Positions 1 through 10,162 of a DNA stretch of 64,000 nucleotides are shown in pieces. Position 1 is the stretch's first letter, and each line of letters opens with the position of its first letter. The position numbers and the translations under genes are program-made. The stretch comes from Candidatus Bathyarchaeia archaeon (GTDB taxonomy: Archaea; Thermoproteota; Bathyarchaeia; 40CM-2-53-6), in NCBI GenBank assembly GCA_049513715.1, contig JBEKVV010000001.1:736001-800000 (forward strand), read 5' to 3'. The notes under the pieces were generated by a model that was given only the letters and a program-made list of their open reading frames with translations, did no database searches and had not been told where the DNA came from.

Positions 1-173
1 AACAGAATAGAAAGGAGTTGAAAGTCTCTGAACGCTAGACCTTTCATGTACGAGATATGTTGAAACCACTATGCTCTCTATCGAATCAACGAAAGTCAGC
101 CAATTGCCATGTTCTACCAACAAAAACCGATGAAAACAGCAGAAAGACGGTCGTTTAGGCTCCGGAGTGATCA

Positions 174-305
174 TTACGCGTGCTTCTCCAGCTTGATCTC
201 GATTGTTGAGACATTTCTCGAGTCGCCTCCTTCACCTAACCCCTGAGTACCAATGCTGATTCCCGAAACTTTCAATTTGCCGCCGAAGAACCAGCTTCGT
301 GCACA
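174..305 (-). pseudogene. C-terminal fragment of the chromatin protein Alba
   Basis: Translates to ...FFGGKLKVSGISIGTQGLGEGGDSRNVSTIEIKLEKHA*, matching the Alba C-terminus (IxIGT...RNVSTIEIxL). The N-terminal half is absent and the upstream gene stops at 340. Confidence 0.6.
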
Positions 306-339
306 CCTGCGCTTTCGGAGGACTAGTGGCAGAGTTGTG

Positions 340-1638
340 CTATGTTGGAATGATTTTGAACGGGAACATGAAGTAGAAAGCCAACAGCACCACGCCCAAG
401 TAGAACGCCAAAACGAGCTTGGGCGGGTTCTGGTCTGCAATCATGTGGGCAATGACTGCGCATACTGCCGGCATTGGGAGCAGGAAATAGAATAGGTAAG
501 TGACCCGGTGCCCGATTATGACCAGCGGAAGGTAGGCCATGTATGCGACTGCGAACCATACGACAGAGAACAGTGTCAGGTTGCTCTTTTGTTGGTAGTA
601 ACTGTAGCCTGCATAGAGCATTGCAGGGATGGTGAGGTACAGGATCGCGGGGTTCAAGGCCCCCGTGAAAGAGACAGAGGTGAAGCTTCGAGTCACGTTA
701 CCTGCGGTCACAGCCACATTAACGGTCAGGTAGGGTATCTGCACTTGATTTAGGAGCCACTGCCAAGGACAACTGATAATCCCGTTCGGACACGAAGAGA
801 CGAGCCCAGCAGAGTAGTTCAAGATGAACTGAACATGACTGAGAGGGTTTGAGTACCCGCCCCAAAACCTGTCGAGCACAGTAAGTATCCCAAGAAATGC
901 GACAGCGAAGACTGCAACATACTTCTCAAACCAACCAAATAGTGACCCCCATGATTTCGCTTCTCGGTCTGTTGTGATGAATTTGGCCACTTGCATTATG
1001 ATGATTATTATGAAACCGAAAACACCGTTGATTTTTGTCAGTGTGCTCAGCGCCATGCCGAGGGCGCTCAGGTAGGTGTGGCCAGAGAAGTACCAGTAGA
1101 AACCTAGCAACATGAAGGTTAGAGTGAAAATGTCCAAGGTTGCGATTCGGCTTTGGACGAAAATCAGGTTGTCGAAAGAGAAGAGGAATGTTGCGACTAT
1201 TGGAACGATAGGGTAGGTCGCCAGTCGCTTCATGAGCAGGTAGAAAACGAGAATTGCCAGGGATCCGAAGATTACGCTTGGAATTCTCCACCCGAAACCA
1301 TTGTCGCCGAGGAAGTGCATTGACAGGGCGATCAGGAGTTTTGCCAGTGGGGGATGTTCATGGTTGGGGTCAATTCCGATGGGCGCGTTCTGGTACGGTG
1401 GTAAGCCGTTGCTGCCCTTGCTCTGTGGCAGGCCGAGAACAACGCGAGCCACGTTGACGTAGTACCATTCATCGAATATCAGTGACCCGTTTGGTTTGTC
1501 CAACCAAAGGAGGCGGAGGATCACATCGACGACGAGAAGGATCAGAAACATTCGGTCATAGATGTTCTTGAAGTTCAAGTCTAGCTTGATGGCTCGAAGT
1601 GAGAGCCCCGCCGGTTCTGCCGGTGCTCCAGTGCTCAA
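340..1638 (-). CDS. Dolichyl-phosphate-mannose-protein mannosyltransferase / GT39-ArnT family membrane glycosyltransferase
   Basis: FDExYY and EHPPLAK motifs, GWRIPS, SRIATLD; many transmembrane helices. Confidence 0.85.
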   Translation of the reverse strand: MSTGAPAEPAGLSLRAIKLDLNFKNIYDRMFLILLVVDVILRLLWLDKPNGSLIFDEWYYVNVARVVLGLPQSKGSNGLPPYQNAPIGIDPNHEHPPLAKLLIALSMHFLGDNGFGWRIPSVIFGSLAILVFYLLMKRLATYPIVPIVATFLFSFDNLIFVQSRIATLDIFTLTFMLLGFYWYFSGHTYLSALGMALSTLTKINGVFGFIIIIIMQVAKFITTDREAKSWGSLFGWFEKYVAVFAVAFLGILTVLDRFWGGYSNPLSHVQFILNYSAGLVSSCPNGIISCPWQWLLNQVQIPYLTVNVAVTAGNVTRSFTSVSFTGALNPAILYLTIPAMLYAGYSYYQQKSNLTLFSVVWFAVAYMAYLPLVIIGHRVTYLFYFLLPMPAVCAVIAHMIADQNPPKLVLAFYLGVVLLAFYFMFPFKIIPT

Positions 1639-1642
1639 TTGC

Positions 1643-3583
1643 CTACATCCTTTCGCTTACTTCTATCCCAAGCAACCGCAACGAATTGCGCAATGCAACT
1701 TGAACTGCTCTGACCAGTATAGCCCTTGCGTTCTTAACGTTCTCTTCTGCGTGAATTACGTCCACTTTCTCGTAATATTCATGGAACTTTTCGGCCAGGC
1801 TACTTGAGTAGTTGGCCAACTCCTCTGGTTTTAGTTGATCGGCAGCTTCCTGGAAGGCGTCTGGCATTTGGCCTACCTTGAATATGAGAAGGTGTTCAAG
1901 GGGATGAGTGAGAAGTGAGCAATCCGCCTTTTCCGGAACCTTGCCGAGTTTTCTAAGTATGCTGCCCGCCCTAGTGTAGGCGTAGTTGATGGATGGGCCA
2001 CTGTTGCGCTCCAGGCTCAGGACACGGTCCCATGTAAACGTCAAGTTCTTTGTACTACTCACGGTCAACATTGCGAACTTGATGGCTCCAAGTGCTATTG
2101 ATTGAATAACATTCTCTGCTTCATCTTTCTCCAGCTCTTCTTTCCTTCGAGCCATGGTCTGGCCCACTCTGGCCTTTGCTTGGTCAACGACTTCGTCTAA
2201 GGAAATGAAGTGTGCCCTTCGTTTTGACATCTTCATTCCGGGAAACTCAACTAATCCGTATGCGTAGTGAACTAAGTTGCGGGCTGCATCGTGTTCTCCT
2301 AGTGCATACAATGCGAGCCGGATTTGTAGCTGGGGCAGGGACTGCTCGCGTGCGATTACGTTGACCACTTTGTCAGAATCAGTGAACTTGACCAGTGTGT
2401 AAGCAATGTCTCGAGTGGCGTATAGGGTGGTTCCGTCGCTGCGGACCAATGTCAGGGGCGGTACTTCGTACGTGAGTGAGAGCCCGAATTGTTCGCGGAG
2501 TGAGTAGGCGTCAACGATGGCGTTTATGTCCAACGAGTATGAGGTGCCTTCGCTTCTCGCGAAGGGCAGTTTGAGAAGGCGCTTCACGGCATCTTCCACC
2601 CTGCCGTCCCAGAGAAGTTGGCTCTCCCAGTCCCAAGTGTCGAAGGTGATGCCTATCTTGGAGAGGCTGGTCTTGATCCCGTCCAGGCATGGATTAGCAA
2701 CGCCGTGAACGAGCGTGACTGTCTCTTTGTCTCCTTCTTCGTACTTCTTTCCAATTTGTTGAATAGTTTTCTCTGGGTCGGGGTCTTCCTGAACAGCTTT
2801 TAGGACTCTTTCGAGGATGTCTTTGTCGGTTGATTCCAGCTCGGCCGCTATTGCGACCCATTCGTCAAGGTTTCTTTGAAGTTCAAGCCGCTCTTCAGAA
2901 TCAACTGAATCGGCGCCTAGCTCTTTCAACTTCTTTCTTGTTGTCTGGATTTGTACTGCGCAATTGGTGCTTGCGTATAGTCGCCCAAACCAATGGTCAA
3001 CCTTGCCCACCGGTTTCGGTTGCTCCAGTAACCTGTACCCGTAGGCGAGGATTGAGACTTGCCTGCCAACATCGTCAACATAGAACCTTCTGTTGACTTT
3101 GTGGCCGCGGCCCACAAGCAGGCGAGCCAGGGTGTCCCCGAGTATTGAGTTTCTTGCGTGGCCCATCGTGATTGGACCGCTGGGGTTGACGCTGGTGTGC
3201 TCGACTGAGATTCTGGCCGGTTGATCCACCTTCTCAATGCCATAGCCAGCATCTTCCATGGCAGCTGCCTCAAGTATGCGATTTCCAGCGACAGCGTAAT
3301 TGAGCCTGAAGTTCGCGTACCCGCCAACAGCTTCCACCGATGCGATGTACGTGCTCTCCCCGACTTGGATCTCTTTTTCAATCTTCTTGGCGGTTTCTTG
3401 CGGCGAGAGTTTCGATTCTTTGGCTATGTCAAAGGCGATGGATGAGGAAAGTTCCCCGAATTCTAGGGTAGGGGGGACTGCCATGCGGGGTATTCTTTCG
3501 CTCCAACTTGGGTAAACTTTCTTCAGTGCGAAGTCGAGTGCCTGTGTGCATTCATTCCTGAATTCTTGAAGAAAGTTAGTCAA
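1643..3583 (-). CDS. argS: Arginine--tRNA ligase
   Basis: EHTSVNP..(T)MGHARN HIGH-like motif, RSDGTTLYATRDIAY, KMSKR, C-terminal DALR-like domain ending ERM. Confidence 0.97.
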   Translation of the reverse strand: MTNFLQEFRNECTQALDFALKKVYPSWSERIPRMAVPPTLEFGELSSSIAFDIAKESKLSPQETAKKIEKEIQVGESTYIASVEAVGGYANFRLNYAVAGNRILEAAAMEDAGYGIEKVDQPARISVEHTSVNPSGPITMGHARNSILGDTLARLLVGRGHKVNRRFYVDDVGRQVSILAYGYRLLEQPKPVGKVDHWFGRLYASTNCAVQIQTTRKKLKELGADSVDSEERLELQRNLDEWVAIAAELESTDKDILERVLKAVQEDPDPEKTIQQIGKKYEEGDKETVTLVHGVANPCLDGIKTSLSKIGITFDTWDWESQLLWDGRVEDAVKRLLKLPFARSEGTSYSLDINAIVDAYSLREQFGLSLTYEVPPLTLVRSDGTTLYATRDIAYTLVKFTDSDKVVNVIAREQSLPQLQIRLALYALGEHDAARNLVHYAYGLVEFPGMKMSKRRAHFISLDEVVDQAKARVGQTMARRKEELEKDEAENVIQSIALGAIKFAMLTVSSTKNLTFTWDRVLSLERNSGPSINYAYTRAGSILRKLGKVPEKADCSLLTHPLEHLLIFKVGQMPDAFQEAADQLKPEELANYSSSLAEKFHEYYEKVDVIHAEENVKNARAILVRAVQVALRNSLRLLGIEVSERM

Positions 3584-3937
3584 GATGATCTGTGGTCCAA
3601 GTTGGGTTCCCGGTATCGCTTATTTCGTTTCCTAGATGTGCTTCCATGCTATGAAATTAGCGACGTCTTCAATGGGGGCGTTCAGCCCTTGTGAGAACGC
3701 AGGATTGAAGTTCCACGGCCAGGAAAACCTTTGATTTGGTAGGAAAAAACCGGAAGTAACCGCTCAGTGCAGGTTTGTTTCCTTGCAGTTTCACGAACAG
3801 GGGCTATTTTGGGCAAGAAAAACATGTGTGCATGAGTTCTCGGTGATGCCCATTCGGTTTTTCTTGCTTATGAAGCTCCAGCGCTCATTTGGGCTATAAG
3901 CGCCTAAATCGTAGTGACTATTTGTGACGTGTCTCGT

Positions 3938-4015
3938 GGGCGGGTAGCCTAGCCTGGATAGGGCACAGGCCTCCGGAGCCTGAGGTCGGGGGTTCGAATC
4001 CCTCCCCGCCCGCCA
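3938..4015 (+). tRNA. tRNA-Arg(CCG), intronless, CCA encoded
   Basis: GGGCGGG/CCCGCCC acceptor stem, CAGGC-CTCCGGA-GCCTG anticodon arm, GGTTCGAATCC T-arm; TATA-like TATAAG near 3895; divergent from argS. Confidence 0.97.
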
Positions 4016-4119
4016 ACTCCCAAGCCGTATTAGGGCAGGGTTCTTGCGTAAGCTGTCCTAGATTGGAGGTGGCAGGGAAACTGAGTTTCAGGGTAGAGTG
4101 AATAGTGCGTGTTTTGGAA

Positions 4120-4614
4120 TCAAAGTCTCTGCCTAATCTGATGTCCCTTGTTCAGTCGTCGATTTTGTGCCTCCTCGAAAACCTTGAACCAAGACGGATG
4201 TTTGCCCACAAAGTCAACAAAGTGCTCCATACGATTTATGGTATCCTCGTGGACGTGGTGCTCGATGCCTTCCGCGTCCAATTTCGTGGTTTTCTCTCCG
4301 ACGCCCAGAATAAGAAGGAATCTGATTATTGTGATGTGCTTCTGTTTAATGAACCGCGCCATCTCCTCTCCTTTGGCGGTGAGTCTAAGACCGCGGTACC
4401 GTTCATAGACAATGAGTCCCATTCCATCCAATCTTTGAAGCATGTTCGTGACACTAGGAGTCTTGACGCCCAAACGTTCCGCAATGTCCGTTGATCCGGC
4501 GTAGCCTTTTGTCTGGACGAGGTCATATACGACTTCAAGGTAATCTTCAACTCGTGTGAGGTCGAAAACTGGGTTCAGTCGCGAACTGTGAGTCATCACA
4601 TTGGCACTTCCCAT
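4120..4614 (-). CDS. mntR: DtxR/MntR family metal-dependent transcriptional regulator
   Basis: EDYLE..Y, HTH (DIAERLGVKTPSVTNML), LTAKG, DAEGIEHH metal site. Confidence 0.9.
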   Translation of the reverse strand: MGSANVMTHSSRLNPVFDLTRVEDYLEVVYDLVQTKGYAGSTDIAERLGVKTPSVTNMLQRLDGMGLIVYERYRGLRLTAKGEEMARFIKQKHITIIRFLLILGVGEKTTKLDAEGIEHHVHEDTINRMEHFVDFVGKHPSWFKVFEEAQNRRLNKGHQIRQRL

Positions 4615-4793
4615 ACTGATGAGAAAAGCAGGTAGGCATTAAGCTCAATGATTATGGCGGCTGAAATCAAAGCTGGGACCAGTGTGATTGTTCTGCTGAC
4701 GAATCCTTTCATCATTTTCTCATCCCTTATATCTCAACAGCCTTCTGGTTTCGCCATCATTGTCACTGGTCAGTTTCTTCTCAGCAAGCCAAT

Positions 4794-6125
4794 TTATTGC
4801 AGCGTAGCGTAGACAAGGTACAGATGATAGGCGCCATAAGCGCCTAGAATAATAGCCTGCAGGTAGACGCTAGATTGAGCGACAAGATAGTATATCAGGT
4901 ACGTGTTTAGCGCCACAATTACCGTCCCGGTTAACAAAGCGAGGAATGTGGTTAAGCGTTTGTTAACAAGCGGGCCCATGAGGTCCTTCTTGGCGGTGAA
5001 TGTTATCAAAGGTATCATGGGTAACGCGATCATCAGGCTGAGCAGTACTTGGCTGTAGACCAACAGGAACAGCGGATCGAAACCTAGGAGCACCGCTATC
5101 GTCGTTGGGAAAACGTTGATAACTCTCGTAATAATCCGCCTGACGGTTTTGTTTACTTTTGTTCCCAGTAACCCGTCCATGATCGCTTGGCCGGCTAATG
5201 TTCCGGTCGTCGAGGAGGCAATGCCGCTGCATAGCAGCGTCACAGCGAACATAATGGCGGCAAGCGATCCGTAGATGGGTATCATTATGCGATACGCCTC
5301 GTCTACTGCTGATATGTTGCTGAACTTCGGGTAGAAGGCCTGGGCGCTCACGATCAGGATGGCCGCATTGACCATTCCGGCGATCGTGAAAGCAACGAGG
5401 CATTCGCCGGTATGGAGCTTCAACAAATGTTTCTTTTCTTCACCGGTTCGGTCCGCCACTTTATCCCTAGTCAGCGTGGAATGTACGTACAGTGCATGTG
5501 GCATAACGGTCGCGCCGATGATGCCAACTATCAAGACTATGTTGTTGGGGTTAAGATCTGGCGAGACGAAGGCGTGAACAAGTTGAGTTACGTCTAGGCC
5601 GGTCACTGCAACTTCGTATAGGAAACCGACGCCGATGATCGATATGAACACCATGAAGAAGTATTCGAGTGACCTGAAACGTCGCGATGTCAGAGCTAGG
5701 AGAATTAGGATGTCAGCGGCTCCGAATAGCGACGCGTAAAGTAGGGGCACGTGGAACAGTATGTTCAGTGCGATGACAGTGCCCAGGTACTCGGCGAGGT
5801 CGGTGGACGCGACTGCAGCTTCGGCCCCAATCCAGTTCAGAAAAATGTCAAACCTTCTTCTGCTCGACTTCTTAAGAGACTCTCTGACGAGTCCCGCCAA
5901 ATCATTGCCCGTTGCTATTCCTAGCTTTCCTGAGAGATACTGGAGGAACATCGCCATGAAATTCGCCATCCAGACAACCCAAAGCAAACCGTAGTTGAAA
6001 GCCGCACCCGCCTGTATGTCTGTCCCGTAGTTCCCTGGGTCCATGTATGCCATACTGGTAATCAATGCCGGACCGGCGAAGATGAAAAGTGCACGATACT
6101 TGCTAACGAATCGCCTGATCTGCAA
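4794..6125 (-). CDS. mntH: Nramp family divalent metal (Mn2+/Fe2+) transporter
   Basis: YMDPGNY and GATVMPHALYVH signature motifs; about 11-12 transmembrane helices. Confidence 0.93.
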   Translation of the reverse strand: MQIRRFVSKYRALFIFAGPALITSMAYMDPGNYGTDIQAGAAFNYGLLWVVWMANFMAMFLQYLSGKLGIATGNDLAGLVRESLKKSSRRRFDIFLNWIGAEAAVASTDLAEYLGTVIALNILFHVPLLYASLFGAADILILLALTSRRFRSLEYFFMVFISIIGVGFLYEVAVTGLDVTQLVHAFVSPDLNPNNIVLIVGIIGATVMPHALYVHSTLTRDKVADRTGEEKKHLLKLHTGECLVAFTIAGMVNAAILIVSAQAFYPKFSNISAVDEAYRIMIPIYGSLAAIMFAVTLLCSGIASSTTGTLAGQAIMDGLLGTKVNKTVRRIITRVINVFPTTIAVLLGFDPLFLLVYSQVLLSLMIALPMIPLITFTAKKDLMGPLVNKRLTTFLALLTGTVIVALNTYLIYYLVAQSSVYLQAIILGAYGAYHLYLVYATLQ

Positions 6126-6127
6126 AT

Positions 6128-6141
6128 TTAGATGAACCTAA
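6128..6141. promoter_or_regulatory. Putative DtxR/MntR operator (TTAG-ATGAAC-CTAA)
   Basis: Inverted repeat resembling the DtxR/SirR box TTAGGTTAACCTAA, abutting the mntH start; mntR lies downstream on the same strand. Confidence 0.65.
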
Positions 6142-6379
6142 CTAATCTAGAAGCTACTATTTTACATAGCCAAGTCAAGCTTTAAGTCTTTAGTTCTTTG
6201 CTTTGCCATTAGCAAGATCAGCACAGCATCCGATCCCGCCCGCCATTTGGCTTTGTGTGATGGGGTAGAGGTTTTGTGCCCAAAGGCTTTCCAATAGGGC
6301 ATTTAGATTGACCAGGTGGAAGAGACCGTAGTCGTTTTATGGCAAGAAAACGATGCTCAAATGCTGTGGAAGTGAGCCC

Positions 6380-6784
6380 ATGCTATCCGCTCAAGAAATA
6401 GCGTATTTGAAAACCCAACGTCTTGCAAGGGTTGCAACTGCATCTCCAAACGGAGACCCCGAGGTTTCGCCCGTGGCCTTTGAATTCGATGGCGAGTATT
6501 TCTACGTCGGAAGTCATGACCAGTCTATTTTCTTCAGAACCAGACGGTACCAGAACATCAGGAAAGGCAACGCCAGAGTTTCATTTGTTATAGACGATTT
6601 GGAATCGGTGGACCCCTGGAAGCCGCGTGGGATAAAAGTCCGGGGAACTGCCGAGGTCGTAGAACACAAAGGAATTTTCGGAAAAGGAAGTTATCTCCGT
6701 ATCACTCCGCAGGTTTCGGTAAGTTGGGGAATTGAACCGGCGAAAGAGGGGCAATGGGCATCAAGGAAGGTGCATAATCGATGA
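6380..6784 (+). CDS. PPOX class F420/FMN-dependent oxidoreductase (pyridoxamine 5'-phosphate oxidase family)
   Basis: YLKTQRLARVAT..G.P.VSPV, VSFVIDD..VDPW.PRGIKVRG. Confidence 0.85.
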   Translation: MLSAQEIAYLKTQRLARVATASPNGDPEVSPVAFEFDGEYFYVGSHDQSIFFRTRRYQNIRKGNARVSFVIDDLESVDPWKPRGIKVRGTAEVVEHKGIFGKGSYLRITPQVSVSWGIEPAKEGQWASRKVHNR

Positions 6785-6906
6785 GTGCTCAAGACAGGCC
6801 CAAAGGCGAATTCTAACCGGACAGGCAACACAGTCACCCGGCTTGGGTGATTAGATGAAGAAAGAAGACTTAACTATCCTAAGTTATCGTTGCGGTGCGA
6901 TGGATT

Positions 6907-7932
6907 TTGCCGCGCACGGTCGCACTGATAAGGGGAGACGGAACAGGGCCTGAATTAATTGAGGCCACACTAAGAATTCTGAAGGCTGTCGGTACATCGG
7001 TGAATTTTGTTGAGTGTGCTGCAGGTTTCGAATGGTGGCAAACCCATGGCGGTTCCACACTCATCCCTGACGATAGTTGGAAGATAATTGAATCCGCTGA
7101 TGCTTGCTTGAAAGGCCCCACCACAACCCCCGCAGGCCCAAACACCCCACGGAGTGTCGCTGTCTCAATCCGTCAAAAGAAAAACCTCTACGCAAACATT
7201 CGGCCAGTTAGAACCTTCCGAGGCACCAAGCGCCCCTTGGGCGACGTTGAGCTCGTCTGCGTCCGCGAAGCCACCGAAGGGCTCTATTGCGGAATCGAAC
7301 ACCGGCTATCGAAGGATGTGGCCATTGCGTTTCGGAAGATTACCCGCGAGCCGAGCGAGAAGCTATGCAAGACCGCATTCGAAGAGGCCAAACGGCGTGG
7401 TTGGAAACATGCTTTCGTCATAACCAAGCAAAACATTCTAAAGGAAACTGATGGCCTGTTCATGGACGCTGCAAACAACGTTCACAAGAAGTACCCAGAG
7501 ATTGACATGCAGGAATATTTTATCGACAATTTCGCACAACAGCTCGTCAAAAACCCCCAGAGGTTCAACCAAAGCGTAGTCTTCGGAACCAACCTCTTCA
7601 TGGACATCATTTCCGAAGAAGTCTCAGGGCTTGTGGCAAGTATCGGCTGTATTTATTCCGCTAACTTTGGCGACGACTATGCGATGTTCGAGCCCGCCCA
7701 TGGTAGTGCCCCACAATACAAAGGCCAGGACAAGGTGAACCCTACCGCCACCCTTCTAGCAGGAGCCTGGATGGTCGACTACCTTGGCGAGAAGAAGAAA
7801 GCCGAAGCCGTATTCAAAGCCACGGAAGAAGTCATCGCCGAGGGAAAGAAAGTCACCTACGACTTAGGCGGCACCGCCAAACTATCTGAAATGTCTGTGG
7901 AGATTGCCGAACGAGCTAAGAAATTGGTGTAG
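6907..7932 (+). CDS. Isocitrate/isopropylmalate dehydrogenase family protein
   Basis: GDGTGPE, LYANIRP, REATEGLY, FEPAHGSAP, NPTA, TYDLGG. Confidence 0.92.
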   Translation: MPRTVALIRGDGTGPELIEATLRILKAVGTSVNFVECAAGFEWWQTHGGSTLIPDDSWKIIESADACLKGPTTTPAGPNTPRSVAVSIRQKKNLYANIRPVRTFRGTKRPLGDVELVCVREATEGLYCGIEHRLSKDVAIAFRKITREPSEKLCKTAFEEAKRRGWKHAFVITKQNILKETDGLFMDAANNVHKKYPEIDMQEYFIDNFAQQLVKNPQRFNQSVVFGTNLFMDIISEEVSGLVASIGCIYSANFGDDYAMFEPAHGSAPQYKGQDKVNPTATLLAGAWMVDYLGEKKKAEAVFKATEEVIAEGKKVTYDLGGTAKLSEMSVEIAERAKKLV

Positions 7933-8106
7933 GAAAGCGCAGCGGTCGCCTCAGCCATAACTCTGAATTGTATGCTGATTCGTGACGAAGAACATACAAC
8001 TCATCCCTTGACCACAGTGTGGATTTCCTCCAAGAAGACTTTACTTGGCAACCACATCTTTCCCCCACGTTGCGTTGCCCTGCCTGATTTTTCAGGAGTT
8101 GGGCGA

Positions 8107-9375
8107 CTAGATGGTGCCACCGAAGCTCAAGTAAAGCAGAATGGCGTTTAACGCTATAATGAATATGACAAAAACGGCTGCAATAATCGTAGTCCGCTTT
8201 TTGTTGACGAATTCACCCATCAACTTCTTGTTCCTCGAAAGAACCAGGAGTGGTACGAGTGGGAGAGGGAGTAGCAGGCTGAGGGCAACTTGGCTATAGA
8301 CCAGAATTGCCAAAGGCTCGATGCCGGCAAGAATTGCTAGGACTACAGGAATCGTGTTGATTAATCTGGTCACTATTCTGCGCGCCCACAGGTTGACCCG
8401 CCGGCCTAACATGCCTTCCATAATGGCTTGACCGGCAATGGTTCCTGTAGTTGAAGAGGAGAGGCCTGAAGCCAGCAAAGTTATTCCGAAGACAATGGCG
8501 GCCACCGGGCCAAACAAAGGTTCGAGGGTCAAGTACGCGTCTTGAATGGTGGCCACCGCTATTCCGTGAGTGGAAAAGGCAGCGGCAGCCATGACCATGA
8601 TGGCTGCGTTGACCAATCCTGCAAAGGTGAACATGATTATGCTCTCTACAGTATGAAGACGCAAAACGCGCCGCTTCGTCTCGACACTTGGTGTTGTGAT
8701 CTTGTCATTGGCGAGAGCCGAGTGTACGAAAAGAGCGTGCGGCATGACAGTCGCGCCGACAACCCCGACCGCGAGAAGAATTCGGTCCGTGGACCATAGA
8801 TTCGGAACAAATGACCCAGCAAGCACGGGACCCAAGGCAGGAGCGGTGATGAAGATTTCGAAAACGTACCCAATACCTATTGTGGAGACGAGCGTCATGA
8901 AGAAGTACTCTAGACGTCGGACGTTTCCGCCGGTCACCCCCAACACGAGCACGACGTCCACGACTGAGAGGAAGGTTCCGTAAAGCAGGGGTATTCTGAA
9001 GAGCAGATTCAGCGCAATCACGGTCCCTAAGAACTCTGCTAGGTCCGTCATGGCGACGGCGACTTCAGCCGTAAGCCAATACGGTATGACGTAGATTGGT
9101 TTCTTCAGGTGTATCCGCATTAGTTCCGGGAGCGAGTGGCCTGTGGCTATGCCAAGTTTACCGGAGAGGTATTGGAGTAGCATGGCCATTATGCCTGCGA
9201 GCCAAACGACCCAGAGCATGCTGTATCCGTAGGTTGCTCCCCCGCTGATGTCTGTGCCATAGTTGCCTGGGTCCATGTACGCAACGCTGACAATGAGGGC
9301 GGGGCCGAAGTAGGCCCAGAGGTCACGCCAAAAGGGTCTCGTTGATTCGACTTGGGTGGACCCAGATTGTGTCAT
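8107..9375 (-). CDS. mntH: Second Nramp family divalent metal transporter
   Basis: YMDPGNY and GATVMPHALFVH motifs; clear paralog of 4794-6125. Confidence 0.93.
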   Translation of the reverse strand: MTQSGSTQVESTRPFWRDLWAYFGPALIVSVAYMDPGNYGTDISGGATYGYSMLWVVWLAGIMAMLLQYLSGKLGIATGHSLPELMRIHLKKPIYVIPYWLTAEVAVAMTDLAEFLGTVIALNLLFRIPLLYGTFLSVVDVVLVLGVTGGNVRRLEYFFMTLVSTIGIGYVFEIFITAPALGPVLAGSFVPNLWSTDRILLAVGVVGATVMPHALFVHSALANDKITTPSVETKRRVLRLHTVESIIMFTFAGLVNAAIMVMAAAAFSTHGIAVATIQDAYLTLEPLFGPVAAIVFGITLLASGLSSSTTGTIAGQAIMEGMLGRRVNLWARRIVTRLINTIPVVLAILAGIEPLAILVYSQVALSLLLPLPLVPLLVLSRNKKLMGEFVNKKRTTIIAAVFVIFIIALNAILLYLSFGGTI

Positions 9376-9599
9376 TCTTTGATTGGCCTCGAAGCATGAC
9401 CATTCTCCAACGTAAGGCAATCTTCCGACGTGGAGAAGCTAGACTAGGGGAACCGTGAGGTTCTAATAAAGCTGGACCGCCCCCCGAGCCTACTGAATAT
9501 CATTCCAAAGCAGAGGGTTTCCATCCAACTGCAACCAGATGTATCTTGAAAGATGATAATGCATATTTGCAGGTGGCTTCGATATCGCACTAGAGAACA

Positions 9600-9803
9600 T
9601 TGACGACACAGGAATCGAAGAGAAAAGAATTCTCTGACGATGAAGTCGAAGCAATTATGGATATGCACGAGCCTGGAAGCCAAATCACGATCAGAGAGAT
9701 TCGAGAGACGATACAGGAGAACCCGCTCTTGGTTACCGGTCTCGTTTTCGCTTTCGGTTTGCTTGTAGGCGTTTCGCTCTCTTCTGGCCGAAGACGCCGT
9801 TGA
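9600..9803 (+). CDS. ElaB/YqjD/DUF883-like tail-anchored membrane protein
   Basis: Hydrophilic N-terminus, then ENPL + Gly-rich transmembrane helix + RRRR tail. Confidence 0.6.
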   Translation: MTTQESKRKEFSDDEVEAIMDMHEPGSQITIREIRETIQENPLLVTGLVFAFGLLVGVSLSSGRRRR

Positions 9804-9931
9804 AGGCCCAGTCATCCTAGTCAATGGTCATCTTGATTTTAGGTGGCTCTTGAACCACCCGTGTTCACTGCCAGCCAGCATGAAGGTAATCTTTTATCCA
9901 CTGGATAAACACGTACCGTTCGGCGAAAGGT

Positions 9932-10153
9932 TTGTCGAAAGACAAAGAGATGCAAGAGATCAAGCACTTGGAAGAGTACGTGAAGGACCTCACGAAGGAC
10001 GTGGACAAGAATTTGGCCGACCTGAAGGTTCAGCTTAACGATGTTCGACGGGTGGCGACTCGGACCTTCGCACGCAGACCAATGTTGGCTCTCGCCGTTG
10101 TATTCGTTGCCGGTATGGCTTTCGGTGTGGCCTTATCAAAATCAAAGGACTAG
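9932..10153 (+). CDS. ElaB/YqjD/DUF883-like tail-anchored membrane protein
   Basis: Coiled-coil N-terminus, RRPMLALAVVFVAGMAFG transmembrane helix, basic tail. Confidence 0.6.
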   Translation: MSKDKEMQEIKHLEEYVKDLTKDVDKNLADLKVQLNDVRRVATRTFARRPMLALAVVFVAGMAFGVALSKSKD

Positions 10154-10162
10154 GCGCAAAAA

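Noticed and set aside
9380..9560. yybP-ykoY manganese or fluoride riboswitch before the second mntH
   Set aside because: Consensus elements (GGGGAGUA...GAGACC, or GAUG...CUGAUG) were not found.
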